IMG/VR virus record: IMGVR_UViG_3300022742_000097
Coordinates: 1 to 53,757 of that record
Direction: 5' to 3' (one strand)
Length of the DNA stretch: 53,757 nt
Source of the DNA: a virus
Lineage: Duplodnaviria; Caudoviricetes
Shown here one piece after another: positions 43,309-52,493 of this stretch (its first letter is position 1; the number at the start of each line of letters is the position of its first letter). Both the position numbers and the translations under genes were made by a program. Below the pieces are notes generated by a model. The model saw only the letters and a program-made list of their open reading frames with translations. It searched no databases and was not told the origin of the DNA.

Positions 43309-44483
43309 CCCCTCAGCGTGTCCAAGTAGTCCGCCCACACCTGCATCATTCTCCGGCGCTCGGCCAGGTGTGCGGTGCGGTTGTAGGAGCGCCCGTTCGG
43401 GTCCTTCACCTCGTGTGCCAGCTGGTGCTCGATGATGTCCGGTCGGAACCCCAGCACCTCGTCCAGAATTGTTCGAGCCGTCGCCCGGAAACCGTGCCCG
43501 GTTACCGTCCCAACCTCGTAGCCCATCCGTCGCAGGGCAGCCAACACAGCATTGCTCGACATCGGTCGGTCTCGTGACCGCGCGGACGGGAACACGTAGC
43601 TGCTCCGCGAAGTCAGGGGTTGAAGCTCGGCCAGCACTGCCATGGCCTGGTCCGACAGGGGGACCATGTGAGGGCGACGCATCTTCATGCGCTCTGCTGG
43701 GATCGTCCAGGTGCGCTCTTGAAGGTCGAATTCCCGCCATTGCGCCATGCGCAGCTCCCCGGGGCGGAGGAACACCATGGGAGCCAGCTGCAGCGCCGCC
43801 TGGACAATCGGAGTTCCCTGGTAGCCATGCATCGCCCGGAGCAGTGGCCCCAGCTCCTTGGGGTCGGTCACCGCGGCGAAGTTGTTGTCCGGCGCCGGAG
43901 CCAGAGCGCCTTTCAGGTCAGCCACGGGGTTCCGCTTCGCGCGGCCGGTAGCGATGGCGTAGCGCATGACTTGGCCGCAGTTCTGCATGATCCGGTGCGC
44001 CGATTCGATGGCTCCCCGCTTCTCTACCCGTCGAGCTACCGTCAGGAAGTCAGGAGCCTCCAACTCGGCTGCCGGCCTGCTGCCGACCCACGGGAACACG
44101 TCGTTGGCGAACCACGCCTCCACCTTCACGCGGTAGGAGTCGACCCAGTCGCGCTTCCCCAGCCACTCCCGGGCGATCACCTCGAACGTGTTGGCGCCAA
44201 GTTCGGCGCGCGCCGCGGCGGCGGCCTTGCGATGCTCTCCGGGATCGATGCCCTTGGCCAAGAGTTGCCGTGCCTCGTCGCGTCGCTGCCTGGCCAAGGC
44301 AAGCGGAACGTCCGGGTAGACGCCGATGGCCAGCAGCTTCTCTTTCCCGCAGAACCGGTACTTCAAGCGCCAGTACCGGCCACCGGAAGGCTGGATCAGC
44401 AGGTACAAGCCACCCCCATCGGACAGCTTCTGTGGCTTGTCGGCAGGCTTGGCACGGCGAATGGCGGCGTCGCTCAGGGGCAT
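43296..44483 (-). CDS. int: P4-like tyrosine integrase
   Basis: DGGGLYL arm domain, RPGELR, MK, HGFR, QLAH and Y catalytic motifs. Confidence 0.96.
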   Translation of the reverse strand: MPLSDAAIRRAKPADKPQKLSDGGGLYLLIQPSGGRYWRLKYRFCGKEKLLAIGVYPDVPLALARQRRDEARQLLAKGIDPGEHRKAAAAARAELGANTFEVIAREWLGKRDWVDSYRVKVEAWFANDVFPWVGSRPAAELEAPDFLTVARRVEKRGAIESAHRIMQNCGQVMRYAIATGRAKRNPVADLKGALAPAPDNNFAAVTDPKELGPLLRAMHGYQGTPIVQAALQLAPMVFLRPGELRMAQWREFDLQERTWTIPAERMKMRRPHMVPLSDQAMAVLAELQPLTSRSSYVFPSARSRDRPMSSNAVLAALRRMGYEVGTVTGHGFRATARTILDEVLGFRPDIIEHQLAHEVKDPNGRSYNRTAHLAERRRMMQVWADYLDTLRGQAA

Positions 44484-44582
44484 GGCTGGGGGTATCAGTT
44501 CGGGGGCAGGCCCCAAGTACCCCACTTTGTACCCCCACCGTCGCACGGATTGAAACGGACCATCTAGGACCGCTTAGGACAC

Positions 44583-44624
44583 AAAAAAGGCCGGGAACCC
44601 TTGATACCGCTGGGTTCCCGGCCT
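44583..44624 (-). terminator. Phage-supplied terminator downstream of ssrA
   Basis: AGGCCGGGAACCC...GGGTTCCCGGCCT with a minus-strand U run. Confidence 0.8.
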
Positions 44625-44650
44625 GATTCGGACCGATTCGGCCCGGTTTA

Positions 44651-45004
44651 TGGTGGAGGTGGGCGGAATTGAACCGCCGTCCGAAGGCACTCCATCCCCG
44701 GCACTACATGCTTAGCTCGCCGTTGTATCTCGCCCCGGAACAGCACGGCGCACAAAGCGCATCCCGGAGCCAGCCCGCTTTATCTAGCTTGGAGCTGGCG
44801 GGCAGCCACCCCATGCGATTCCGTGATGATGACCCTACGCAGCGAGCACGGACACAAGCTGTTTCGGGGCTTAGGCCTTAAGCGGCCAGAGCGTAGTTGT
44901 CGTCGTTGGCAACTATGAGTTTTGCAGCTGGATTTACGAGGAAAGCCACCCCCTCGGCATGCACCAAGCGACTTCACAACCCCCGTCGAAACCAGTGCAC
45001 CCCC
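44651..45004 (-). ncRNA. ssrA: tmRNA
   Basis: GGGGGTG/CACCTCC-ACCA acceptor stem with G3-U pair, T arm GTTCAATTCC, tag ANDDNYALAA* at 44910-44878. Confidence 0.98.
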
Positions 45005-45235
45005 GATTTCTTCAAGAATCTTCAGTCTTCATCGTCCAGAGCCGCAGAGCGGTCCAAGCGATGCTCGACATCAATCATGTTACGCGATGCGGGGCGATGC
45101 GTCATCTCCGCGCGGCATGCCGGACATCCCGCAGTCATACGCCCTGGTCGAGCCCCGATGCAGGACCATGGCCATGCCATGCCCCTGAAACGAAAAACGT
45201 CCGCAAACCTTTGGAGTCTGCAGACGTCTTTCAAC

Positions 45236-45252
45236 TGGCGGAGTGAGAGGGA
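45236..45252 (-). repeat. tRNA-Ser 3'-end fragment, att site of a second element
   Basis: Minus strand TCCCTCTCACTCCGCCA (G discriminator + CCA), followed by a terminator-like hairpin at about 45193-45231; no full tRNA here. Confidence 0.7.
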
Positions 45253-45433
45253 CAGATTCACGTCTGCCCCAACCTCTCGCCAGCGTTGATTTTTCGCGCC
45301 GGGACACGGGTCCAAGGGAGTGTCCACTCTAGCCTAACAAGCGGCGACGCAGTCCCTGCGGCCTTTCCAGGCACGGCAACGCCGCCGTGGGCATACCACG
45401 ACGGCCGATTGTTCCAATGGGAATGCCCTCGAG

Positions 45434-45763
45434 CTATGCCTTGCCGGCGATGGCCTTCAACGCGGTCACCGCTTCTCGCTGCCGATCCTCCGGCATCTTG
45501 GCGACCAGCAGGATGATTTCGGCCAACGGGTCCGAAGTGGCGTAGAAGTAAGCCAGCGGCAGGCCCAGCGCCTTGGCGATGGCCTCCGCCGTCTTGGGGT
45601 CCGGATCGTGCAGCCCCGTTTCATAACGGCTGATCCGGGGCGCCCCCGTGTTCTGTTCGTCCATTCCCAACATCCTTCCCAAGTCCGCTTGGCGCAGCCC
45701 AAGGGATTGGCGGGCCGCACGCAGTCGTCGTCCAAACAGTGAAGCCGGCGGCTTGATGGGCAT
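45434..45763 (-). CDS. XRE-family HTH regulator
   Basis: FGRRLRAAR..GL.Q..LG....RISRYE.G.H.P. Confidence 0.88.
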   Translation of the reverse strand: MPIKPPASLFGRRLRAARQSLGLRQADLGRMLGMDEQNTGAPRISRYETGLHDPDPKTAEAIAKALGLPLAYFYATSDPLAEIILLVAKMPEDRQREAVTALKAIAGKA

Positions 45764-45823
45764 TACGAGACAACACCACAAATAAACAGCCGCCAGTTTG
45801 CCTCTTCCTCTTGCATGGTTCAT

Positions 45824-45967
45824 TTGCGAATATCGCAATTACACCATATCAGGGAGGAACCATGCGTGCCGTGCTCGCCAACTCATTTGCGCTTATCGCA
45901 CATAGATGCCACCGACTGAGCCGGGCTGCCCGTCTTTTTGCTGCACCTTTATTTGCGATTTTCGCAA
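45824..45967. promoter_or_regulatory. Three TTGCG-N5-CGCA(A) palindromes
   Basis: 45824-45838, 45887-45901 and 45953-45967. Confidence 0.65.
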
Positions 45968-46497
45968 TTTTCGCCCTGCCACCTATTGCTCATGGCAAGG
46001 ATCTGGTCGCCGCCCAAGCTTGGCCCGTGGCAACCCATCTCAGCGCCCCCGGCGAAGCCAAGGAAGCGTTTTTGCTCCGCATCGCTCCCGAAGTCGCCGT
46101 CTGGACGGCCGAAAACCAGGCCGAGGCCTGTGCCTTTGTGGCGACGGACGGCGAGCGCTGGGGCTTGAAGCTCATCACCCTGCGCAGCCAGTTCGAATGC
46201 GTGTTCGCCTATGGGGTGGTTCCCGAGGGCATGACCACCACCAATGAGACGTTTCACTCCCACCCTCCGGCCGATGGCGGCGGTTACATCACGCTGACCG
46301 AAGGCACCAAGGCCGCGGCCGCTGCTTTGGGGGATGCCTCCCTGCGCCGGGTTCGGCAACTGCGAGTGGAGAACGGCGGCGAGTTCTCCGAGCGGGATTT
46401 CAGCGCCGGTCCAGGCTACCTGATCACCAACGGCCGTCTGTTGTTCCAGAACGGCCGCGGCAAGAAGAACCGACGGGACGTGGGCCCCGCCGGCTGA
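45862..46497 (+). CDS. Exported JAB/MPN-like (DUF4329-like) protein
   Basis: GGAGG SD; hydrophobic signal-like segment; E...FHSHP...FS..D motif. Confidence 0.65.
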   Translation: MRAVLANSFALIAHRCHRLSRAARLFAAPLFAIFAIFALPPIAHGKDLVAAQAWPVATHLSAPGEAKEAFLLRIAPEVAVWTAENQAEACAFVATDGERWGLKLITLRSQFECVFAYGVVPEGMTTTNETFHSHPPADGGGYITLTEGTKAAAAALGDASLRRVRQLRVENGGEFSERDFSAGPGYLITNGRLLFQNGRGKKNRRDVGPAG

Positions 46498-46500
46498 CCA

Positions 46501-48228
46501 TCACTGCCCCACGCACTGGTAGGTGTCGATGGACACGCCAGGCATATACACCGGGGCGCAGGTGCCACGGTTGATACGGTAGGTGTAGGTCTGTCCTTCC
46601 GTAGCGCTCGAGCACACAGGCACAACGCTGGGCGTGGTGCTGGTCGTGGTGCATGGGCCGCTGGCGATGAGTTGGTCCCCCGTGTGGCTGACCAGCTTCC
46701 ATTGATACACCTTCGACGCCGCGCAGGTGCTGGATACCGTGGCCCATGCCGTGGTGGCCGACCAGCCGGACCAAGCCGACCAGGCGCTCCACACAAAAGC
46801 CCCCGTCGGCGCCGGGCACGAGGCCGAACGGGTCTGCGTGCGCTGCTCCTGCCGCTCTTGGGTGATGGCCCCAACCTGGCCTGCAGGGCAGGCCAGCGCC
46901 TGCGACGCCGTGCGGATCTCGGTGCTGGTCTGGGTGCTGGGCGTGGGCACTGAACACACCGCAGCGCAGGTGTTGGACACCACAGACCACGCCGACACGC
47001 TGGACACCGGCGAGCCGCTGGCGGAAGGACAGGTCCACGACACGGTGCGCTGTTCGGTGATGGCACCCACCTGTCCATTTGGACAGGTCAACGTCCGGCC
47101 TTCTGTGGCAGACGCTGGGGCCGAGCATGCGGGGGTGCAACTGTTGGCGATCTGCCCCCAGCTTCCCCATGCCCCCGCACCCGAGCACACGAACGACCGC
47201 TGGTCCGTGATGCTGCCCAACTGGCCCGAAGGGCAGGCCCGGCTGCGCGTCTCTGGACCAGGGCACGGTGCACAGCTGCTGCCCACCGCCGTCCAGGCCG
47301 TTGTGCTGGGCTGGGGAGCCCCCCACGCCTCTGGGCATGTCCAAGTGGTGGTGCGTTGTTCGGTCACCGCCCCCACCTGTCCATTTGGACAGGTGAGCGT
47401 CCGGGCCTCGCTGGAAGCCGCCGGCGGCGAGCAAGCCACCACCGTGGAAGGCGCAGGCACACTGGGCGGCACCACCGACGGCGGTGGCGTGACTGGGCTG
47501 ACCGGCGTTGCCGGCGGAGCCACGCTGGGCGGGGCTTCAACCGATGGTACGCCGGGCGCCGGCGTGACCGGGGCCACAGGGGCTGCCGGCCCGACAGGGC
47601 CCACCGGCCCCACGGGAGCGCCCACCGGGGCCGAGGTCGGAGGCATCACCCCAGGGGAGATCGGCGGCAGCGCCAGCGGCGGTGCCGCGACCACCGAGCC
47701 GGCCACCAGCCCGGAGTGGTAAACAAATTCCATCGTCACCACATCGCGTTGGCCGCACAGGCCCGCGATGGCCCCGGGGTCCGGCAAACCGCCGGTGAAC
47801 GCACTTACCCCGTCGATGCGCAGATCGTGCAAGTTGCGTGCCATCGCTGCACCCAAGCGCGAGCAGACGGCGGAAGGGGCCAACGGATAGACGACGGAAA
47901 ACCCATCGGCGGGCGCATGAAGCGAATGCGGCAAGACGCTAACCGACGTGCCCCACCCCGTCCGCAAGGTTTTTCCGTCGAACATCCGCGACGGCATCAA
48001 CACGTCGGCCACGACGCGATCGGTGCTCACGCTCTGGAAGCTGCCCAGGACGCCCCACGAGCGCTCCACCGCTGCCGACAGGTCCCGCAGGTTGTCTTGT
48101 TCGACCTTGGCCTGCGCGTTCGCACGGGCCGGTGCCAAGACCATGTAGATGCCCAACGACAACGCGCTGACCGCCCCTAACGTCAGCAGCGTTTCCACCA
48201 GCCCCCAACCCGCGCAACGGCGTTTCAT
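46501..48228 (-). CDS. Type IV pilin-like protein with Pro-rich linker and Cys-rich repeats (PilV-like adhesin)
   Basis: MKRRCAG/WGLVE prepilin site, PilS-like domain, four CPxGQxGx(I/V)T repeats. Confidence 0.75.
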   Translation of the reverse strand: MKRRCAGWGLVETLLTLGAVSALSLGIYMVLAPARANAQAKVEQDNLRDLSAAVERSWGVLGSFQSVSTDRVVADVLMPSRMFDGKTLRTGWGTSVSVLPHSLHAPADGFSVVYPLAPSAVCSRLGAAMARNLHDLRIDGVSAFTGGLPDPGAIAGLCGQRDVVTMEFVYHSGLVAGSVVAAPPLALPPISPGVMPPTSAPVGAPVGPVGPVGPAAPVAPVTPAPGVPSVEAPPSVAPPATPVSPVTPPPSVVPPSVPAPSTVVACSPPAASSEARTLTCPNGQVGAVTEQRTTTWTCPEAWGAPQPSTTAWTAVGSSCAPCPGPETRSRACPSGQLGSITDQRSFVCSGAGAWGSWGQIANSCTPACSAPASATEGRTLTCPNGQVGAITEQRTVSWTCPSASGSPVSSVSAWSVVSNTCAAVCSVPTPSTQTSTEIRTASQALACPAGQVGAITQERQEQRTQTRSASCPAPTGAFVWSAWSAWSGWSATTAWATVSSTCAASKVYQWKLVSHTGDQLIASGPCTTTSTTPSVVPVCSSATEGQTYTYRINRGTCAPVYMPGVSIDTYQCVGQ

Positions 48229-48593
48229 GAGCGCGCCGCCTGGCGTGCGGCCTCACGGGCTTCCAAGTGCTGAATGCCTTTCTGTCGGAGGTGTTCGCGT
48301 TTGCCCGGGTGCTGCGCCAGTTGCTCAGCGACCAGCAGCAACGCGCCAACGATTTCCGCCGGATCCCAGTCGTCGGCCCCCGCCGCAATGGTCAGTCCAC
48401 CGAGAACGATTTTTCGATGTGCATCTGCTGAGCGGAACAACGCGGAACGTTCTTTGAGCCGGGCTTTCGCGGCTTCGCGCTGCTGCTTTCGCTGCTCGGC
48501 CTTTTCCGCCATCAAGAGCTTGGCTTGTTCTTTCGCCAAGCTGGTCATCATGCGGTCCAACTTCTCGCGTTGCTTCTCTACATCGGTTGCCAT
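48225..48593 (-). CDS. TraD/MobC-like mobilization protein
   Basis: DAHRKIVLGGL.IAAG...I.GALL; divergent from the relaxase across oriT. Confidence 0.8.
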   Translation of the reverse strand: MATDVEKQREKLDRMMTSLAKEQAKLLMAEKAEQRKQQREAAKARLKERSALFRSADAHRKIVLGGLTIAAGADDWDPAEIVGALLLVAEQLAQHPGKREHLRQKGIQHLEAREAARQAARS

Positions 48594-48884
48594 GCCATTG
48601 CTCGGTGCCTGTCTCTATGCATGCAACCATGCACAGGCCATCCGTCAATCCCCTTTGCATGGGCGCGGAGCGCAACGGGGCGAAGCCTCCAAACGACGGC
48701 GAGCACAGCGAGCCAAACCGCCGGGCGGCGAAGCCGACCGATGCTTTTGACGTTAGCTTTTCCCTGCATTTGACAGTTCCAACGTGCATGGGAACCTGAG
48801 GGAGAGGGGGCATGCGAGCGTGAGCGAGCGCCCCGGTTCTTGAGCGTTGCGAGGGGTGGGATTTCCCACCCCGACAGCAAAGCA

Positions 48885-48917
48885 AGAGCGCACTTAGAGT
48901 AATCCCTTCGGGATTAC
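48885..48917 (-). other. MOBQ-type oriT
   Basis: GTAATCCC-GAA-GGGATTAC inverted repeat followed by TAAGTGCGCTCT, close to the RSF1010-type TAAGTGCG^CCCT nic site. Confidence 0.82.
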
Positions 48918-49010
48918 GTGCGGTCAGGGGCTATGCCCCCGACACCCCGGCGCGCTTCGCACGCCTGTCCCCCTTGCTCGCCCCCCAGGGGGCTGCGCTC
49001 GGAGACCGGA

Positions 49011-50705
49011 TTGGCGATTTACCACCTCACCGCGAAGGCGTATTCCCGCAAGGATGGCAAGTCATCCACGGCGGGCGCTGCCTATCGGGCAGGGGTTTGC
49101 ATCGAAGACGCGCGCACGGGCGAAGTCCACGATTACACCCGCCGCAGCGGCGTTGCCTTTGCCGCGCTGTGCCTGCCCGGTGACGCCACCGCCGACCGTG
49201 CCGAGTTCTGGAACCGAGTGGAAGCGCACCACAAGCGCGGCGATGCCATCACTTGCCGCGAAGTAGAAGTGGCTTTGCCCGCCGAGTTGGATGCCAATGC
49301 ACGGCGCGAACTGGCCCATGCCTTCGCCAAGCATTTGTCTGACACCTACGGCGTGGCCGCGGACCTTGCCATCCACGAACCCAGCAAGGGCAGCGACGAG
49401 CGCAACCACCACGCCCACATCCTGCTCAGCGCGTGTTCGGTCAACGCGGACGGGACCTTGGGGAAGAAGGCCGAAGCCTTGGACCCCATCGCCTGCAAGA
49501 AGGCCCAACGCCCCACCTTGGCCGACACCCAGCGCGAGCACTGGGCACGGATGGTCAACACCGCCTTGGCGAAAGCCGGGGCCACCGCTCGGGTGGACCA
49601 CCGTCGCCTGGATGCCCAACAAGCGGACGCCGCCCAACGGGGCGACTTTGCCATGGCGGCCCGCTTGGACCGCCGAGCCACGCAGCACGAAGGCAAAGAC
49701 CTGACCGCGGCCCGCCGTCGGGGCCACACGCCCAAGCGCGTGCGAAACAACGACCGGGTGAAAGCCGCTGCAGCCCGGCGCTTCGACCGCCACACCCGCC
49801 GTTTTGAAGAACTCAAAGCCAAGGCCGCCCGGGACGGAACGTTGGTGCAGGTGGACGAGCAAGCCTTGCACGCACGGGCGTTGCTTGAGCGTCGGAAAGA
49901 AGGTGTCCAGCGGTTGCGAACCGAAGCCGCCGCCGAGGTTCAGGCCATTGACCAGGCGGCACAGCGAAAGGCCGCCGTCCGGGCGCGTGCAAAGCGTCCC
50001 GCTTCGCACAAAGCCGGGTCATCCCTGCCCCGGCGGGCCGCACCTGCGGCCGGTCAGCAAGGAAAGATGTCAGCTGCGGTTGAGCGGGCCGCGCGAGGGA
50101 AAGACCGTATCCAGATGGAGACCGTGGTGATGAACGAGGCTGCAAAGCAGTTGGAGGCGATGATTGAGGAAATGCTGGCCCGGGCCAGGCGAGCCCTCCA
50201 GCAGCCGGAAGCAACCCAATGGCAACGAGCTACCGCGCGAGGCCTGCTAGAGACCCACGATGCAGCACGTCAGGCGCGCGAGGCGTGGCGCCGAACGAGT
50301 GAGGAGCGAAAGCAGGCGCGGGATACGGTTCGCCGTGCCCGTGCCGACCGGGGACACCACGGGCCGCCGACAGACGACGCCTTCAGCCGAATGCGCAGAG
50401 CGCTGGGCCGCCCTACTGCCCACGACCGGCATGCCTTAGATGCCGCTGAAGCCGTGAAACGTGCGAAGGCTGCCGAAGCGGAGGCGAAGGAAGAGTACGG
50501 CGCAGCAAGCCTACGACGTCAGCAGGTAGAAGCCAGCGCAGAGAAAGCGCGCGCGCAATTCGCGGAAGCGTTCGGCTTGCCAGGGCCCCGCTTCGAGGCG
50601 AAATCCCAGCAGCAGCCCGAGCCAGTGCCCACTCTAGCCCCGGTGGCGGAGCCGACACCAGGCCGTGAAGTGAAGCTGGAACAGCCGAGGCCGCGCCTGC
50701 GTTAG
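49011..50705 (+). CDS. mobA: MobA/MobL (MOBQ) relaxase
   Basis: AIYHL, AAYRAG, HDYTR, REVEVALPAEL, AIH and NHHAHIL motifs; TTG start with GGAG SD. Confidence 0.92.
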   Translation: MAIYHLTAKAYSRKDGKSSTAGAAYRAGVCIEDARTGEVHDYTRRSGVAFAALCLPGDATADRAEFWNRVEAHHKRGDAITCREVEVALPAELDANARRELAHAFAKHLSDTYGVAADLAIHEPSKGSDERNHHAHILLSACSVNADGTLGKKAEALDPIACKKAQRPTLADTQREHWARMVNTALAKAGATARVDHRRLDAQQADAAQRGDFAMAARLDRRATQHEGKDLTAARRRGHTPKRVRNNDRVKAAAARRFDRHTRRFEELKAKAARDGTLVQVDEQALHARALLERRKEGVQRLRTEAAAEVQAIDQAAQRKAAVRARAKRPASHKAGSSLPRRAAPAAGQQGKMSAAVERAARGKDRIQMETVVMNEAAKQLEAMIEEMLARARRALQQPEATQWQRATARGLLETHDAARQAREAWRRTSEERKQARDTVRRARADRGHHGPPTDDAFSRMRRALGRPTAHDRHALDAAEAVKRAKAAEAEAKEEYGAASLRRQQVEASAEKARAQFAEAFGLPGPRFEAKSQQQPEPVPTLAPVAEPTPGREVKLEQPRPRLR

Positions 50706-50744
50706 GGGGTATGCAAGGACGACGGCGCTGAATAGGATCCGGCC

Positions 50745-51416
50745 ATGGCCAAGACCGACTTCAGCAACTTCATCCGCGAGAACTATGAGATCCACGAATG
50801 GCGGCACGCCGTCGCCATTCTCAAGTCGGACTTCCCCGACGAGTGGGCCGATATCCTGCAAATGCTAGAGAATTTCCGGCTCTACAAAGGATGGATTGAA
50901 GTAGGCGGCGGCAATCGCTCCAACCTCGCCGCATGGATTGACCACACATTGGGCGAGCGGGGATGGATAGAGACGAATTTCACCACGCAAATCAAGGTGG
51001 ATGAGACCATCAGGGACAGCCCAACCCACAAAGTGGATTGCTTCCGAAACCGGATAGCGCTTGAGGTCGAATGGAACAACAAAGATCCGTTCTACGACCG
51101 CGACCTCAACAACTTTCGCCTACTGTTTGACTTGGGCGTGGTCAGTGTCGGGGTCATCTTCACCCGAGCGGATGAGCTCCAAGAGGTGTTCGATGACATG
51201 GGACGCGGCTCGTCTTACGGGAACAGCACCACCCATATGAGTAAGCTACTGCCGCGCGTGGAAGGCGGCAGCGGGGGCGGCTGTCCTCTGCTGGTCATCG
51301 GTATCAAGAAGTCGCTTTTGACCGACGACGCTGCCCCGGTCGTGCCGAAGAAAGCGAAGAAGACGAAGAAGAAGCCCGCGCCGGCTCCCCTTTTGGAGCC
51401 GCAGCGCGCGGACTGA
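50745..51416 (+). CDS. BglII/BstYI-like restriction endonuclease
   Basis: THKVD...IALEVEWNNKDPFYDRDL.NFR; convergent with a methyltransferase. Confidence 0.8.
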   Translation: MAKTDFSNFIRENYEIHEWRHAVAILKSDFPDEWADILQMLENFRLYKGWIEVGGGNRSNLAAWIDHTLGERGWIETNFTTQIKVDETIRDSPTHKVDCFRNRIALEVEWNNKDPFYDRDLNNFRLLFDLGVVSVGVIFTRADELQEVFDDMGRGSSYGNSTTHMSKLLPRVEGGSGGGCPLLVIGIKKSLLTDDAAPVVPKKAKKTKKKPAPAPLLEPQRAD

Positions 51417-52077
51417 CCGATAGGCTCCGGTCTGCCTGCGAGTGATTGGCGTAGGTGTTCCAGGTCGGCGCGTAGTCATCCGACTGATTGCCCCACACGC
51501 TCCAACCTTTGCGGGGGCCGCGGGCAAACATCTCCAGGAACGGGCCGGGGCTACACGCCTCAATCAGCGGGTATTGTTCATCCGGCTTGCGAGAGTGCTC
51601 GCGCTTTTGCGTCGCCAGGAAGTTCACCTGGGTGCGGCCAGGGTCCAGCGTGCGGGCGTTCTTGCCCCTCACCCCGAACAGCAACAGTTCGGTGACGTTG
51701 CGGAAGTAGAAGCCCACCCCCCGGCCATCTGGCCCGCCATCCTTTCGGATCTTGTGCCACACGATGTTGGACTTGTAGGAAAACCCCCACGCCTTCATCA
51801 CTTCCAAGCCTTCGGGCAACAGCGCATTAGGCACCCACAAATACAGGTGCGCGGTGTCGGCAACGATTTCGGACACCGGGAGCGCCATGATTTCGGGCAG
51901 ATCCATGGTGCCGTAGCGGCTTAAGCGCTTGTGCTCCGGTGCCATCTTCCCAGTCCGGTTCTGGAAACGCCACGGCGGATCTGCCATCACGGTCTTGAAC
52001 CGCCGTTGGGCGGCCAAGGCTTTGAGTTCATCAGCGGCCTGCTGGGCCAGGGTCTTCTTGGACACGTGTGGGGGCAT
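51304..52077 (-). CDS. MT-A70 family adenine methyltransferase
   Basis: ADPPW, HLYLW, WGF.YK, REHSRKP, LEMFAR and WGNQ motifs; alternative start at 52146. Confidence 0.9.
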   Translation of the reverse strand: MPPHVSKKTLAQQAADELKALAAQRRFKTVMADPPWRFQNRTGKMAPEHKRLSRYGTMDLPEIMALPVSEIVADTAHLYLWVPNALLPEGLEVMKAWGFSYKSNIVWHKIRKDGGPDGRGVGFYFRNVTELLLFGVRGKNARTLDPGRTQVNFLATQKREHSRKPDEQYPLIEACSPGPFLEMFARGPRKGWSVWGNQSDDYAPTWNTYANHSQADRSLSVSPRAAAPKGEPARASSSSSSLSSARPGQRRRSKATS

Positions 52078-52244
52078 TGAGGGAGCAAAAAGATCTCCAA
52101 TGGTCGCTGGCAGGAGGGCCAAAGGCAAGGACATGGAGCAGCTCATTGGCCAAGGCTAGGCTGGTGCATTCGCACCGGCTGCGACGGACGCCTCCCATAC
52201 TCCTCATCCCAAGCTCGATCCAAGCTGAATAGGGAGCACTTGCA

Positions 52245-52493
52245 ATGACCTACCCAGCCACTATGATCATTCACATGAAGGCGCTACTCAGCTATCTCAT
52301 CCAGAGCGGCCACGAAGAGACCTATTACAAGGTCAACAAGGATGGCGCGCTGGTTCTGGACCGTGACGCTCTGCTTCAATCCGGCAAGATGAAGCGTCAG
52401 CTGGATGCTGCCCGCGAACTCAAGAAGCAGGCTGCCCGCACCGCCCGACATTCGGCGGTGAAGATGGGTGGAAGCGCTCTGCGCGATAAATGA
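52245..52493 (+). CDS. Small hypothetical protein coupled to a membrane gene
   Basis: GGAG SD; overlaps the next start; exact start uncertain. Confidence 0.6.
   Translation: MTYPATMIIHMKALLSYLIQSGHEETYYKVNKDGALVLDRDALLQSGKMKRQLDAARELKKQAARTARHSAVKMGGSALRDK

Larger units (their letters stand above)
1387..44664. mobile_element. Temperate podovirus-like prophage integrated in ssrA (~43.3 kb), apparently intact
   Basis: att direct repeats, integrase, CI/Cro, replication, terminase, portal, capsid, ejection-type and lysis genes; no tape-measure or sheath gene seen. Confidence 0.93.

Noticed and set aside
45236-45252. Complete tRNA gene
   Set aside because: Only the last 17 nt match; the T loop and the rest of the cloverleaf are absent
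46501-48228. Shufflon
   Set aside because: No Rci-like recombinase or alternative C-terminal cassettes next to the adhesin
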